Source: a virus. From it: DNA of 64,000 bases. The position numbers were made by a program, and so were the translations under genes. The stretch lies in the IMG/VR virus record IMGVR_UViG_3300034111_001103, positions 32,001 to 96,000 of that record. One strand, written 5' to 3'. The notes beneath the pieces were generated by a model. That model was not told the DNA's origin. It did not search any database and saw nothing but the letters and a program-made list of their open reading frames with translations. Of this stretch, positions 41,775-52,519 are shown piece after piece. Numbering within the stretch: position 1 is the first letter of the stretch; each line of letters starts with the position of its first letter.

Positions 41775-42581
41775 ATGAAGAATTTTAAATTATTAGCAAT
41801 TACATTATTATTAAGTACAATATTTTTATTTTCTTGTCAAAGAGTAGCTCCTAATTATGTAGGAGTTCTTATGGAAAATTATGGTAAAGCAGGAAAAGAT
41901 GATTTCTCTATAGTAAAAGGTAGAGTTTCTACTATGTTTTCTCCTGGTTCAGAATTATTTCAAGTACCTTTATGGGAACAAAGAGCTGATTTTGCAGATA
42001 AAGCTTTACATTTAAAAGCTTCTGACAATACAGAATTTAGTTCTAAACCTATTTATTCTTTTGTAGTTATAGAAAAAAGAGCTATAGATGTAGTATTTGA
42101 AAATAAACATTTAGGTTCTGGAGATGATTTTATGACTTCTTTAGAAGATAATATCTTAGAAACTAAGATTTACGATTTAATGAAAGAAGAATCTAGAAAA
42201 TATACTACAGATGAATTAATGGCTACTGGAGGTTCTTTAAAGTTTGAAGAAACTTTACAAAAGATTGTAGCTGAAGAATTTACAAAAAAAGGTCTAGAAT
42301 TAAAAACATTTTCTTGTCAATTAGAATTTTCTGATAAAGTAAAAGCTAAAATTGATAATAGAAATGAAGTAAATACTAATATTTCTGTATTAGATCAACA
42401 AATTTTAGAACAAAGAAAAAGAAATGAATTAGCTGAATTAGAAGCACAAGCTAATATTATAAGATCAAAAGGTATTACACCACAAATTATTCAAGAATGG
42501 GCAATTGATAAGTGGGATGGAAAGCTTCCTACAACAATTACAGGAAATTCATCAACAGTTATGAATATTCCTATTAAATAA
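41775..42581 (+). CDS. SPFH/band 7 domain lipoprotein
   Basis: Lipobox-like LFSC; RVAPNYVGV; C-terminal IDKWDGKLP. Confidence 0.85.
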   Translation: MKNFKLLAITLLLSTIFLFSCQRVAPNYVGVLMENYGKAGKDDFSIVKGRVSTMFSPGSELFQVPLWEQRADFADKALHLKASDNTEFSSKPIYSFVVIEKRAIDVVFENKHLGSGDDFMTSLEDNILETKIYDLMKEESRKYTTDELMATGGSLKFEETLQKIVAEEFTKKGLELKTFSCQLEFSDKVKAKIDNRNEVNTNISVLDQQILEQRKRNELAELEAQANIIRSKGITPQIIQEWAIDKWDGKLPTTITGNSSTVMNIPIK

Positions 42582-42606
42582 TTAAAAATTAAATAAAAAA
42601 AAAATT

Positions 42607-43023
42607 ATGAATAAAATATCACTAAAATCACTAATAGAAAATGGTACTATTGTATCTTTTTCTAGACTAAGACAAAACAGTTCTGAATATCACTATATTA
42701 CTTTTCTAAGTAAAGTAGGAGAACAAACAGTTTCTCAAAATATCTATTTCTCTAAAAATTCTAATGAAATAGTTAAAAATTATAAAATAGGAGATGATAT
42801 TACAAATCTACTAATTACTTCAGAAATAGTATCTACAACAAATGAAGCAGGAGAAGTAAGATATAAATTATCTTTAGTAGATGATACTAAAGAATACATC
42901 AATTCTTCTACACTACTAAGTATATTTGGTATTAAAGAAGATACTAAAGATTTTGACTTAACACACTTTAAAACTCAATTCTCAGCAAAACCTGCTCCTG
43001 TAGTAGCTAATGTTGGAGGATAA
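42607..43023 (+). CDS. Hypothetical protein
   Basis: 138-aa ORF followed by a terminator-like hairpin. Confidence 0.6.
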   Translation: MNKISLKSLIENGTIVSFSRLRQNSSEYHYITFLSKVGEQTVSQNIYFSKNSNEIVKNYKIGDDITNLLITSEIVSTTNEAGEVRYKLSLVDDTKEYINSSTLLSIFGIKEDTKDFDLTHFKTQFSAKPAPVVANVGG

Positions 43024-43479
43024 TAAATAAGTTGTTTTTTTTTTTCATTTTAGTAAGACCTAGTAGTAAAATACTAGGTTTTGCTTATTAAAATATATAA
43101 AAATATGAAAACATTTGGATTATTTATGCTATTATTTATTACAACAGCTATGGTAGTTAAATTAACAATTCCTGGATATTCAGTAGGAGAAATTGGTATA
43201 CAAAGTACTTTATATGCTTATATTATGCAACAATATATGACTAAGAAAGACAATGATAACTGAAGCACAAAAAGAAGCACAAGAATTATTTGATAAATTT
43301 AATAAAGAAGGTTTACATCAGATTTCTAGCATAATAAATAGAACTATTAGAAAACAAATGATTAAACAATGTGCAATTATATCAATAAATGAAACAATTA
43401 AATATGCTAAAACATTTGGAGATGTAACAGAATTAGATATTGTACATTATGAAGAAACTAAACAAGAAATAGAGAAATT

Positions 43480-43539
43480 ATGAGAAATGTATACTTAATA
43501 GAAACAGATAAACCAAGTAGGTTATGGGAAAATTATTAA
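43480..43539 (+). pseudogene. Truncated N-terminus (MRNVYLIETDKPSRL) of the family represented by 44490-45209
   Basis: Hand translation; stops after 19 codons. Confidence 0.55.
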
Positions 43540-43811
43540 ATAGTTTAAATAAACAACTCAAATCAGAACATAAATCAGATGCGGAAGATTGTTTAAAAAT
43601 TTATAATCATTTAAAAGAAACTAATGATGGTAGAGTTTGGGAAAGTCAATGGAATAATTTAATATCTACAAATTTTGAAGGTACATATCCTAATTCTATT
43701 AGAATTTCAAAACCTAATTCCATAGGTAAAATATTTTTAAAAGGTTTAGATAAATAAATTTGGTTTTGTAATTTATTTGTTGTATATTTGTAGGATAAAA
43801 TATATAACATT

Positions 43812-43949
43812 ATGATAAAAGAAAAAGACTTAACAATCAGGATTGAGTTTGAACTCAAAGAAAAACTACAACAAAAAGCTAAATCACTAGGTTTATCTAC
43901 TTCTGCTTATGTGAGAATGATAATTAAAAAGGAGATTGAGAATGAATAA
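43812..43949 (+). CDS. Ribbon-helix-helix-like DNA-binding protein, 45 aa (not in ORF track)
   Basis: MIKEKDLTIRIEFELKEKLQQKAKSLGLSTSAYVRMIIKKEIENE; downstream of a TATATTTG motif. Confidence 0.7.
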   Translation: MIKEKDLTIRIEFELKEKLQQKAKSLGLSTSAYVRMIIKKEIENE

Positions 43950-44514
43950 TCAAGAAATATGGAAAGATATCATAGGTTATGAAATGTTTTATCAAGTTTC
44001 TAATTTTGAAAATGTTAGAAGTTTAGATAGAATAGTTAATAAACCTAATGGAATTTTTTATATAAGAAAAGGTAAGCTTTGTGTTCAATCTAAAAGCAAT
44101 CTTGGGTATATGACTGTTGGATTTACAGTTAACAATAAGAAAGTAAACAAGTATGTCCATAGATTAGTTGCAGAAGCTTTCATTATTAATAACAACAATT
44201 ATCCACAAGTAAACCATATAGATTGTAACAAAACCAATAATAGAATGGATAATCTTGAATGGTGTACTAATTCTCAAAATCATATTCACGCATCTAAAAA
44301 TGGATTAAACAAACTTCATTTACATAGAGTTGCATATTCAGGAGAAAAAAATGGTAGGTCATTATTAACTAAAGAACAAGTTTTAGAAATAAAACAAAAG
44401 TATATTCCTTATAAGTATTCTGCTAAAAAATTAGCTAAAGAGTATAATGTAAGTGAATCATGTATAACACATATTTTAAATAACACATCATGGAAAGAAA
44501 TATCTATAAAATAG
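43942..44514 (+). CDS. NUMOD4-HNH homing endonuclease with C-terminal HTH
   Basis: EIWKDIIGYE.FYQVSN, VHRLVA, VNHIDCNKTNNR..NLEWCT..N..H, LAKEYNVS. Confidence 0.9.
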   Translation: MNNQEIWKDIIGYEMFYQVSNFENVRSLDRIVNKPNGIFYIRKGKLCVQSKSNLGYMTVGFTVNNKKVNKYVHRLVAEAFIINNNNYPQVNHIDCNKTNNRMDNLEWCTNSQNHIHASKNGLNKLHLHRVAYSGEKNGRSLLTKEQVLEIKQKYIPYKYSAKKLAKEYNVSESCITHILNNTSWKEISIK

Positions 44515-45209
44515 GAAAAGAATTGTTTATCACTAATGATGAAGAAATTAAAGAAGGAGATTGGTTTATGTCAGACTTTAATAGTTTTCCAATACATAAT
44601 ATTAAAGAACTTTCAGAAAGAGAAGGAACTTTAAGTTGGGAACAAAAGGATTTAAAAAACAATCTTAAAATCATACTTACAACAGATGACTTGTTAATTA
44701 AAGATGGTGTACAAGCTATTGATGATGAGTTTTTAGAATGGTTTGTTAAAAATACCTGTTGTGAGTTTGTTAAAACTACAAATTATTTTGAAGAATTTGG
44801 AAAAATGGATTTAATAAAATACAAAATAATAATTCCAAAAGAAGAACCTAAACAAGAAGCAAGAGTTTTTGGTGGTAAAGATAATAAAATTTTTTGGATA
44901 GATAAACCTGTTCAAAAAGGACACCCTGACTATAAAGAAACACCTGAAGAAGCTGCGTTAAGATTATATCCGAAAATTATTACTGACCCTTACAATCCTT
45001 CTGAAGATTTATTAGAAGAAGAAAGAGATATTTTTGTCAATGGTGCTAAATGGCAACAAAAAAGAATGTATAGTGAGGAAGAAGTTGAGTCAATATGGAA
45101 ATTTGCTCTATATTTGGCAGAACAGCATGATAAATTTGGAACTAAAAATAAAAGTAATTTTATTAGAAAAGATGTAGAAGAATTTATTGAACAATTCAAA
45201 AAGAAATAA
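44490..45209 (+). CDS. Hypothetical phage protein (ITNDEEIKEGDW / IDDEFLEWFVKN family)
   Basis: Recognisable recurring Bacteroidetes-phage motifs. Confidence 0.65.
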   Translation: MERNIYKIGKELFITNDEEIKEGDWFMSDFNSFPIHNIKELSEREGTLSWEQKDLKNNLKIILTTDDLLIKDGVQAIDDEFLEWFVKNTCCEFVKTTNYFEEFGKMDLIKYKIIIPKEEPKQEARVFGGKDNKIFWIDKPVQKGHPDYKETPEEAALRLYPKIITDPYNPSEDLLEEERDIFVNGAKWQQKRMYSEEEVESIWKFALYLAEQHDKFGTKNKSNFIRKDVEEFIEQFKKK

Positions 45210-45678
45210 AATGGAAATTATAATAATAACAATATTTGCATTAATTCTACTATATTATCATTACAAACCTTTTTTAGAAAAACAACAAAATGGGGATTGG
45301 TTACTATGGTATAATGATCATGAAAAAATAATATCTGGTAGAAAATATATTTTAATTAAAAAAAGACATAAATATGACTAATTGGCTTATAAGAAATAAA
45401 GAATTATATACTAAATTCCTTTCAGATGAAGTATCTATAGAAGATATAAAGAAATTATATAATGAAAAAATATAAAATAACTTTTTTAATGATAAGTCAA
45501 GGACATTACTTTAAAAATGAAATAAAAGAAATTCAAGGAACTTTATATATTTCTGAAAATTATTATAGTATAATAGATGATAAAGGAAAAAGACATTTAT
45601 TTCCAATAAATAATATTTATATTGAAGAAATATAACTATATTTGTATTTTTAAAACACAAATAAAATAAACAAAAAAT

Positions 45679-46344
45679 ATGGCAGAATTTATAGCAATAG
45701 CAGGAATTAGTGGCAGTGGAAAATCAACAGCAATTCAATATTTAGATCCAAAAGAAACATATTTAATAAATGTTTCAGGTAAAAGATTACCTTTTAAAGG
45801 TAGTTCAAAACTATACAATACAGAAAATAAAAATTATTATGAACCTTTAAGTATAGAAGATACTATTAATAAAATTAAAGTAGTAGCAGAAAAAGCTCCT
45901 CATATTAAAGAATTAGTTATAGATGATAGTAATTATCTTCAAACTTTTAATATGATGTCTAAAGCAACAGAGACTGGTTATACTAAATTTACTCTTTTAG
46001 CTAGAGATATTGTAAAATTAATTCAAGAAGGGAAAAAACTAAGAGATGATTTAATTATTTATTATATTTCTCATATCGAAGATGTAAAAGACGGAGAAGA
46101 TATTGTTTCTTATAAATTAAAAACAATCGGAAAAATGCTTGATAATCAAGTAGTTATGGAAGGTTTATTTACTGTTATACTTTATACTAATGTAGAATGT
46201 AAAGGAGATGATTGTAAATATCAATTTATAACTAATAGATATGGTAAACTCTTAGCTAAAAGTCCTTCAGGAATGTTTAAAGACCTTAAAATAGATAATA
46301 ACTTAAAAATTGTATCTGATACTATTAGAGAATATTATAACTAA
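45679..46344 (+). CDS. P-loop ATPase (AAA_24 / Sak4-like)
   Basis: GISGSGKST, LVIDD, AKSPSGMF. Confidence 0.8.
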   Translation: MAEFIAIAGISGSGKSTAIQYLDPKETYLINVSGKRLPFKGSSKLYNTENKNYYEPLSIEDTINKIKVVAEKAPHIKELVIDDSNYLQTFNMMSKATETGYTKFTLLARDIVKLIQEGKKLRDDLIIYYISHIEDVKDGEDIVSYKLKTIGKMLDNQVVMEGLFTVILYTNVECKGDDCKYQFITNRYGKLLAKSPSGMFKDLKIDNNLKIVSDTIREYYN

Positions 46345-46355
46345 AATAAAATAAT

Positions 46356-47369
46356 ATGAATATAGTAGAAAAAGTTAATTTAAAAGACCTTATAGAATCT
46401 AAATTAACTCATTTAGATCTTTATTCTTACTATATGCCTCATAGTTTTGAACTAAATAAGAATTGTTCAAATCCTTTTGTAACAAAAGATAAAAACCCTT
46501 CTTTTAGAGTATTCTATAAGGAGGGTTCTTATTTTCATAAAGCTTATAATAGTAGTCATAAAGGTACTATATATGATTTTCTTAAAGATTTATATAATAT
46601 ATCTTACAAAGAAGTATTAGATAAAATAGCTGAAGATTTTGGTTTAAAGGAAAAAACAGGTAAAAAGTATGAAAAAATTATTACTGAATTACCTAAAATA
46701 GAAATAAGAGAATCTATTTTACCAAATATTAAAGCTATATCTAAGAACTTTCAGAAAGAACATATTGATTACCTGGCACAATTTGCCTTAACTTTAGATA
46801 GTTTAAACTCTGTAAAAGATACAGAAATTTTAGCATTATCTAAATTTTGGATAAATAACAATCTTTATTCTTTAGATAAAGAAGAAGTAGGTTTTATCTA
46901 CTATTGTACAGATATAAACAAAGTAAAAATATATCTTCCTCAAAGAGATAAAGGTAAAAGATTTTATTCTTGCTTACCTTTTACTTATATACATGGTAAA
47001 GAATCTTTTAAATGTGTAAATGATCAAAAACACAAGAAAGGTATCTTAACAAAGTCTATAAAAGATGCTTTGGTGCTTTCTAAATATATTCAATATCCAA
47101 TAGGAGTAGTACAAGCAGAAAATCCTACTTCTATAACACAAGAAGATATAGAATTTTTTAATGAAAATGTTGAAGAAATGTTTATATCTTGGGATTCTGA
47201 TGGACCTGGGGTAAAAAATTGTAAAGAATTAACCTCAAAATTAGGTTGGAATTATATAAATCCTCCTAAAAGATATTTACCAAACATAAAAGATTGGGCA
47301 GATCTTCAGAAGGAAATAGGAGAAAAAGCTCTTTTAAATGAATTCAAAAAGAAAAAATTAATTTTATAA
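46356..47369 (+). CDS. DNA primase-like protein (crAss-like, TOPRIM)
   Basis: NPF..D.NPSF, TKSIKD, WDSDGPG, KDWAD. Confidence 0.7.
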   Translation: MNIVEKVNLKDLIESKLTHLDLYSYYMPHSFELNKNCSNPFVTKDKNPSFRVFYKEGSYFHKAYNSSHKGTIYDFLKDLYNISYKEVLDKIAEDFGLKEKTGKKYEKIITELPKIEIRESILPNIKAISKNFQKEHIDYLAQFALTLDSLNSVKDTEILALSKFWINNNLYSLDKEEVGFIYYCTDINKVKIYLPQRDKGKRFYSCLPFTYIHGKESFKCVNDQKHKKGILTKSIKDALVLSKYIQYPIGVVQAENPTSITQEDIEFFNENVEEMFISWDSDGPGVKNCKELTSKLGWNYINPPKRYLPNIKDWADLQKEIGEKALLNEFKKKKLIL

Positions 47370-47384
47370 CAAAATAAAAACAAA

Positions 47385-49427
47385 ATGAAAGAAAATGAAG
47401 AAATATTAAAAATAACAGATTTAGTAAAAAATGAAATTTACTATTTTGAATCTAATGTAAAATGGATTTTAAGATTTGATAGTTTAACAGAAGAAAATAT
47501 ATTAGTTAATGGTTCTATTTCTGAAAGTTTGTATTATGGAGAAAAAGAAGCGTTTTGGGGGCAGCTTAATGATGCTAAAAATATAAGAAAAGCTACAAAA
47601 AAAGAAATTTATTGGTTTTTAGAATGCGAAAAATTAAATAAGTTTATCAAATATGAAGAAGCAATGAAAACTTTTATAGAAGAATCAGAATTATATGATA
47701 TAAGTAAATTAACTCCTTATCCTAGAGGATATAATGATTTAAAAAGAGGAGATAAAGCTATTTATATAAGTCATGATAAAACTTCTAATAATTGTAAAAA
47801 ATATATACCTTTAGGTAGTATAGTAACTATTAAAGAAAATGGTAGTAATATTCCTATAATTTCATATGATAAATATCCTGAAGCAATTTTTTGTTGTAAT
47901 ACTTATAATTTAGCTCCTATACCAGAAAAACAAAAAGAAAATACTTCTTTAGTAGGTAGATATTTAAAAGCTTTAGTAGATGATGCTCAAAGTACAACTT
48001 TTAAAAAAGGTACATATGTAGAAATAATTGAAAAAATTAATGATAATCAATATAATTTAAAAGGATATTGGACTTATACTATTAATAATAGTACAGCTGA
48101 CAATTGGCAATTAATGCCTGAAGGATTTAATCCTGAAGAAATTAAAGTAGATAGTGTTCCTGAATATGTAGAATACATTGAAACTCAATATAAAGGGCAA
48201 ATTGTTAAAGTTGAAAATTGGGGTTCAGCAAGTTATTGTAAAGTAATATTTCATGATGGTAATAAAGAACAACCTTTTAAATATTTAGTTAAAAAATCTT
48301 CTAAAGCAGAATACGATTTACAAAATAAACCTAAAGAAATGAAAAAAGTAGAAGATTTAGTATATCCTGATGTAATAGAATTAGAATCTCAAGAACAATT
48401 AGATAAGATTTTAAAATATAATCCTAGATTATATAAAAGTTTTAAAAGATATATGTTATTTGGAGAAAAAGATGCGAAAATAGGTTGGGGTACTTCTACT
48501 AGTTATAGTGATATATTTTATAACAATTACAAATTTTCAGATATTATATTTCCAGAAGAAACTACAAAACAATATGATTATGAAGTAGTACATTGTACAA
48601 CACAAGAAGAGTGGGATTTTGCTTGTGATAAATATAATAAAGGTATTTATGTAAAAGAACAATTTGTAAAATATGGTTATAATACTTTTGTGATGTCTAA
48701 TTTTAGTGGATGGAATAAAAAAGAATTTTTTTTAAGTGATCCTCTTTATAATAAAAGTCTCAAAATCTACACTTTCAAAGAATATTGTGATAAATTTGGA
48801 TATACACCTGATTTTATAGAAAAAGAAGAAAAATGGATTCCTAAAGTAGGAGAATGGATTGTAGCCTTAGAAACAATAGGAGATTTAATTACTAAAAATA
48901 AGGTTTATCAATTGAAAAAACTAGATCAATTTGGAATGTGGCATTTATGTGATGATGGTACAACAAATGGTTATGATAGTTCTAAATATAGATTAGCTTT
49001 TCCACATGAAATACTTAATAATCAACAAAATGATCAAACTATAGATATAGGAGATACAGTTAATACTTCTGATGGTAATGGTATTGTTATAGGTATTAAT
49101 ACTAGAAACATGTATTTAGTTAAAGGGGCTAGGAAAATACATCATGGTTTTCCCCAATATAATACTTTAATAAAAGGAAATTTTAGTGATAAAGAAGATA
49201 GTTATTATTATGACTTAGACCAATTAACTTTAGTTAAAAAAGCTAATAAATCTAATATTGATATTGTCAGAGAAACAAAAATATTATCTATAAACACTAA
49301 TTTACCTCTTAAAAAAACAATAGTAGAGTTTGAAATTTATGATCAAAATATTAGTCTTAAAAAAGATACAATTATAGAATTAGATACAAATTTATTAAAA
49401 AACATTAAAAAACCAATTAAATTTTAA
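47385..49427 (+). CDS. Large mosaic hypothetical protein
   Basis: 680 aa built from short modules (LVGRYLKAL, VVHCTTQEEWDF, WIPKVGEW). Confidence 0.65.
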   Translation: MKENEEILKITDLVKNEIYYFESNVKWILRFDSLTEENILVNGSISESLYYGEKEAFWGQLNDAKNIRKATKKEIYWFLECEKLNKFIKYEEAMKTFIEESELYDISKLTPYPRGYNDLKRGDKAIYISHDKTSNNCKKYIPLGSIVTIKENGSNIPIISYDKYPEAIFCCNTYNLAPIPEKQKENTSLVGRYLKALVDDAQSTTFKKGTYVEIIEKINDNQYNLKGYWTYTINNSTADNWQLMPEGFNPEEIKVDSVPEYVEYIETQYKGQIVKVENWGSASYCKVIFHDGNKEQPFKYLVKKSSKAEYDLQNKPKEMKKVEDLVYPDVIELESQEQLDKILKYNPRLYKSFKRYMLFGEKDAKIGWGTSTSYSDIFYNNYKFSDIIFPEETTKQYDYEVVHCTTQEEWDFACDKYNKGIYVKEQFVKYGYNTFVMSNFSGWNKKEFFLSDPLYNKSLKIYTFKEYCDKFGYTPDFIEKEEKWIPKVGEWIVALETIGDLITKNKVYQLKKLDQFGMWHLCDDGTTNGYDSSKYRLAFPHEILNNQQNDQTIDIGDTVNTSDGNGIVIGINTRNMYLVKGARKIHHGFPQYNTLIKGNFSDKEDSYYYDLDQLTLVKKANKSNIDIVRETKILSINTNLPLKKTIVEFEIYDQNISLKKDTIIELDTNLLKNIKKPIKF

Positions 49428-49432
49428 ACATT

Positions 49433-49909
49433 ATGGCAACTAAAAGAAATTCAAGTAAAAAAGTAACAGTAAACACAAATTCATCATCAAACAAAAATCA
49501 AAATCAAAACACAATGGGAGCAACAACAAAAGTATCAAACTTTACAAGTAAAGTATTAGCAGAATTTAACAAATCTGACAAAGAAAAACAAATGGAATCT
49601 GTAGAAGATTTTAGACTTCATGCTATTATTGAAACAGAAAGTGTTATAGGATCATTAAAAACAAATGCTATTCCTTCTTTAGAATTAGACCTTAAAAAAG
49701 CAGAAAGAACTTTAGAAAGTGCTGAAAAAACTTATGAAAAATGTAGATATTCTACAGCATATTCTTATCAAGAGTATTTAGAAGCAAGAAAATATGCTTT
49801 AGGTTCTATTAGAGATGCAAAAAACACTATTAATGACATTAATAGTAAAATTGAGAATCAAAAAGCTCAATTAGCTATGTATCAAGAAATTTTAGCAGAT
49901 CTATCTTAA
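49433..49909 (+). CDS. Coiled-coil hypothetical protein
   Basis: Heptad-rich; followed by a hairpin. Confidence 0.6.
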   Translation: MATKRNSSKKVTVNTNSSSNKNQNQNTMGATTKVSNFTSKVLAEFNKSDKEKQMESVEDFRLHAIIETESVIGSLKTNAIPSLELDLKKAERTLESAEKTYEKCRYSTAYSYQEYLEARKYALGSIRDAKNTINDINSKIENQKAQLAMYQEILADLS

Positions 49910-49986
49910 TATTTTAAGATTTTAAGTATAAAAGTCCTAGTATAGTAAAATATACTAGGACTTATTTTTTCATTAAAACAAACAAA

Positions 49987-50571
49987 ATGATAAAATTATA
50001 TAAAGTAAACAATAAAGAAATAGGTATGCAAAAATTAACTTTTATAGAGTTAATCTTAATAAATATACCTATATCTATAGTACTTTTCTTATTATTTATA
50101 GCAATAGGTTCTTCAAACCCTAAAATAATAACTAAAACAACAACAAACACTACAATAATACATGATACTTTACAACAATTAGTTGTGCTCAGATCAGGTC
50201 TTACAGAAATAACCCTAGATAGAAATAAAAATATAGCTAAATTTTGCTATAATCCAGGTAATATAAGACCAGGAAATAAACAAATAGATGCTTTAGCAAT
50301 AGGCACAATAAGCTCTATAAATGGAGAATTTTTATACTTTCCCAGTGAAGAACAAGGATTTAAAGCTCTTGAAATTCTTCTACAAACTAAATATGCAGAA
50401 AATACTATACAAGAATGTATACAAAAATATGCTCCTCCTTGTGAAAACAATACCTCTAAATATATACAAGATATTTGTAACAAACTAAAAAAACCTTCTA
50501 CTACTAAGATAAAAGACTTAGATATTAAAAAACTATCTAAAGAAATAGCTATTATAGAAGGGTATTATTAA
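49987..50571 (+). CDS. Membrane-anchored protein with NPGNIR (lysozyme-like) domain
   Basis: TM segment then YNPGNIR...F...E.G..A...KYAPP.EN...Y. Confidence 0.6.
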   Translation: MIKLYKVNNKEIGMQKLTFIELILINIPISIVLFLLFIAIGSSNPKIITKTTTNTTIIHDTLQQLVVLRSGLTEITLDRNKNIAKFCYNPGNIRPGNKQIDALAIGTISSINGEFLYFPSEEQGFKALEILLQTKYAENTIQECIQKYAPPCENNTSKYIQDICNKLKKPSTTKIKDLDIKKLSKEIAIIEGYY

Positions 50572-51743
50572 TAAAAATAAAACTTATAAAAATGGAAAAA
50601 TACTTTTTATCTTATGATTTAGCTTCAGAAATAGAAAAATTAGGATTTAATGAATCTTGTTTAGGTAGATGGGTAATTGTTACAGAATGGGAAAACCCTA
50701 CAGGAGAAATTATATTTCAATTGGGAAGAGAAAAAGACAATAACAATACTACTAGATTTCAATATATAGCACCACTTTATCAACAAGTAATAGATTGGTT
50801 TGAAAAAGAACATAATATATTCATAGGTAGAACTTGTTATGATGATGGTAAAACTCCTAAAAGATGGGTATATCATGTAGATAGTTATTATGTACAAGAA
50901 CAATTTTATGATGGGGCTATAAGATATGCAATAGATAAAATTAAAAATACACAATTATGAATTATTTAGTAATAAAAGATGATACAATAATACAAGTTTG
51001 TACTTCTGTAGAAGATTTATTAGAATATCTAGAAGTAAATGTTACTGATAAAGGAATTGTAAAAATTGGTAATAATAATTTACCTACTACTTATAATATG
51101 AAAGAATATACTAAAGAAGAAATAATATCAGATATTATAAAATATAAATTAAAAACTATAGAATCTGTGTTAAAAATTGGTATTTATAAATTAGAAAGAA
51201 TATAAAAATTATGATAGATATAAATAAAGAAGCAGAAGAATATGCTAAACAATTTGATTATCCTGAAGATTCTGCTCCATCAACTTGTTTTATAGCAGGA
51301 GCAAACTCAAAATATGTAAAAGAACAAATAATACAAGCTAAAATAGATGTATTAGATAATTGTTTAGCTGATATGTATCTTTATTCTAGTTTTGAAAATG
51401 GATTTGAACAATATTCTGATGCTTATTATAATTTAGAAAATTCATATAAAAAAAGTTTAAATAAACTTAGAGAAGAATTAAAACAATTACAAGATGTATA
51501 AAGACAAATATATAACATCAGAAAAACTAGAAGGTACATTTAGACAAGATTTACCAATAGGTAATTTTTTAATACAAGGTTATTGTAGATTTGGTATAGA
51601 AGTAGGAAAGCCTATAGATTTATTTAGTCATCTTATAAAAGGAGTTAGACCAGATTGTTGGACTTCTATAGTTAAAGAAATAAATGGAGATATTATTAAG
51701 ACAGAAAATAGTATTTATAAGATTACAATAAAAGAAAAATAAA

Positions 51744-52328
51744 ATGACACAAAAAATTAGTAGAGTTAATCTCAAAGTCATCTATGACAATGTTTGTCAA
51801 GATTGGAAAAATATAATAACTGATATGTTATTATGGAATGTAGAAAGTTCTATAGAAATAGAAGAAGAAACTATCTTAAAAGGATATAATCAAGCAAATT
51901 CTGAACAAAAAATATTATTAGAAAAATACTTTAAAATAAACACACCTAAAGACTTAACAAAAACATTAAAAACTTGGAAAGATGTGTTAAAATATGCTAA
52001 AGAAAAAGGATATAACTTTAAGTTACCTTATTCTGAAAAAACTCAAGTAAAAGAAGAAATATCTTTAAATGCTTTATGTAAAATACATTTATTAGCTAAA
52101 GTATTTAATGAAGATTGGACAGCAAATTTTAAAGACTCAACTCAATACAAATATTATCCTTGGTTTGAAAGAAAAAGTTCTGGGTGGGTCTTTAGTGTTG
52201 TTTATTATCGGGCTTCTGTTTCTTCTAGTGGCTGGGGTGCTCTTTCATACTTTAAAAGTTCAGAAATAGTAAATTATATCGGTAACAATAAAGAATTTGT
52301 AAATATTTATAATGAATATTTACAATAA
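51744..52328 (+). CDS. DGR target protein 1 (VR1 at 52178-52249)
   Basis: QYKYYPWF precedes VR1, which differs from TR1 only at adenines plus one 3-nt insertion. Confidence 0.9.
   Translation: MTQKISRVNLKVIYDNVCQDWKNIITDMLLWNVESSIEIEEETILKGYNQANSEQKILLEKYFKINTPKDLTKTLKTWKDVLKYAKEKGYNFKLPYSEKTQVKEEISLNALCKIHLLAKVFNEDWTANFKDSTQYKYYPWFERKSSGWVFSVVYYRASVSSSGWGALSYFKSSEIVNYIGNNKEFVNIYNEYLQ
52178..52249 (+). repeat. DGR variable repeat VR1
   Basis: 18 substitutions versus TR1, all at TR adenines. Confidence 0.9.
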
Positions 52329-52511
52329 AGTTAATTATTTTATATTATTCTAGGTAGGTCTTTAATGATGTTAATTATCAGAATTCTAATTCTAATAGCT
52401 AGAGTACTCTAACATATTTTGTATTTAAAGAAATAATTAACTTATCCTATAGGATAAAAATCAAGAAATATTTTAAAAAGTGTTTGGTAGGTCTATTCTC
52501 GAAGAACATTT
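52328..52511 (+). ncRNA. DGR RNA 1: TR1 (52348-52416) plus structured flanks
   Basis: AAT-rich copy of VR1 enclosed by a 13-bp inverted repeat and followed by two hairpins. Confidence 0.85.
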
Positions 52512-52519
52512 AAATTAAT

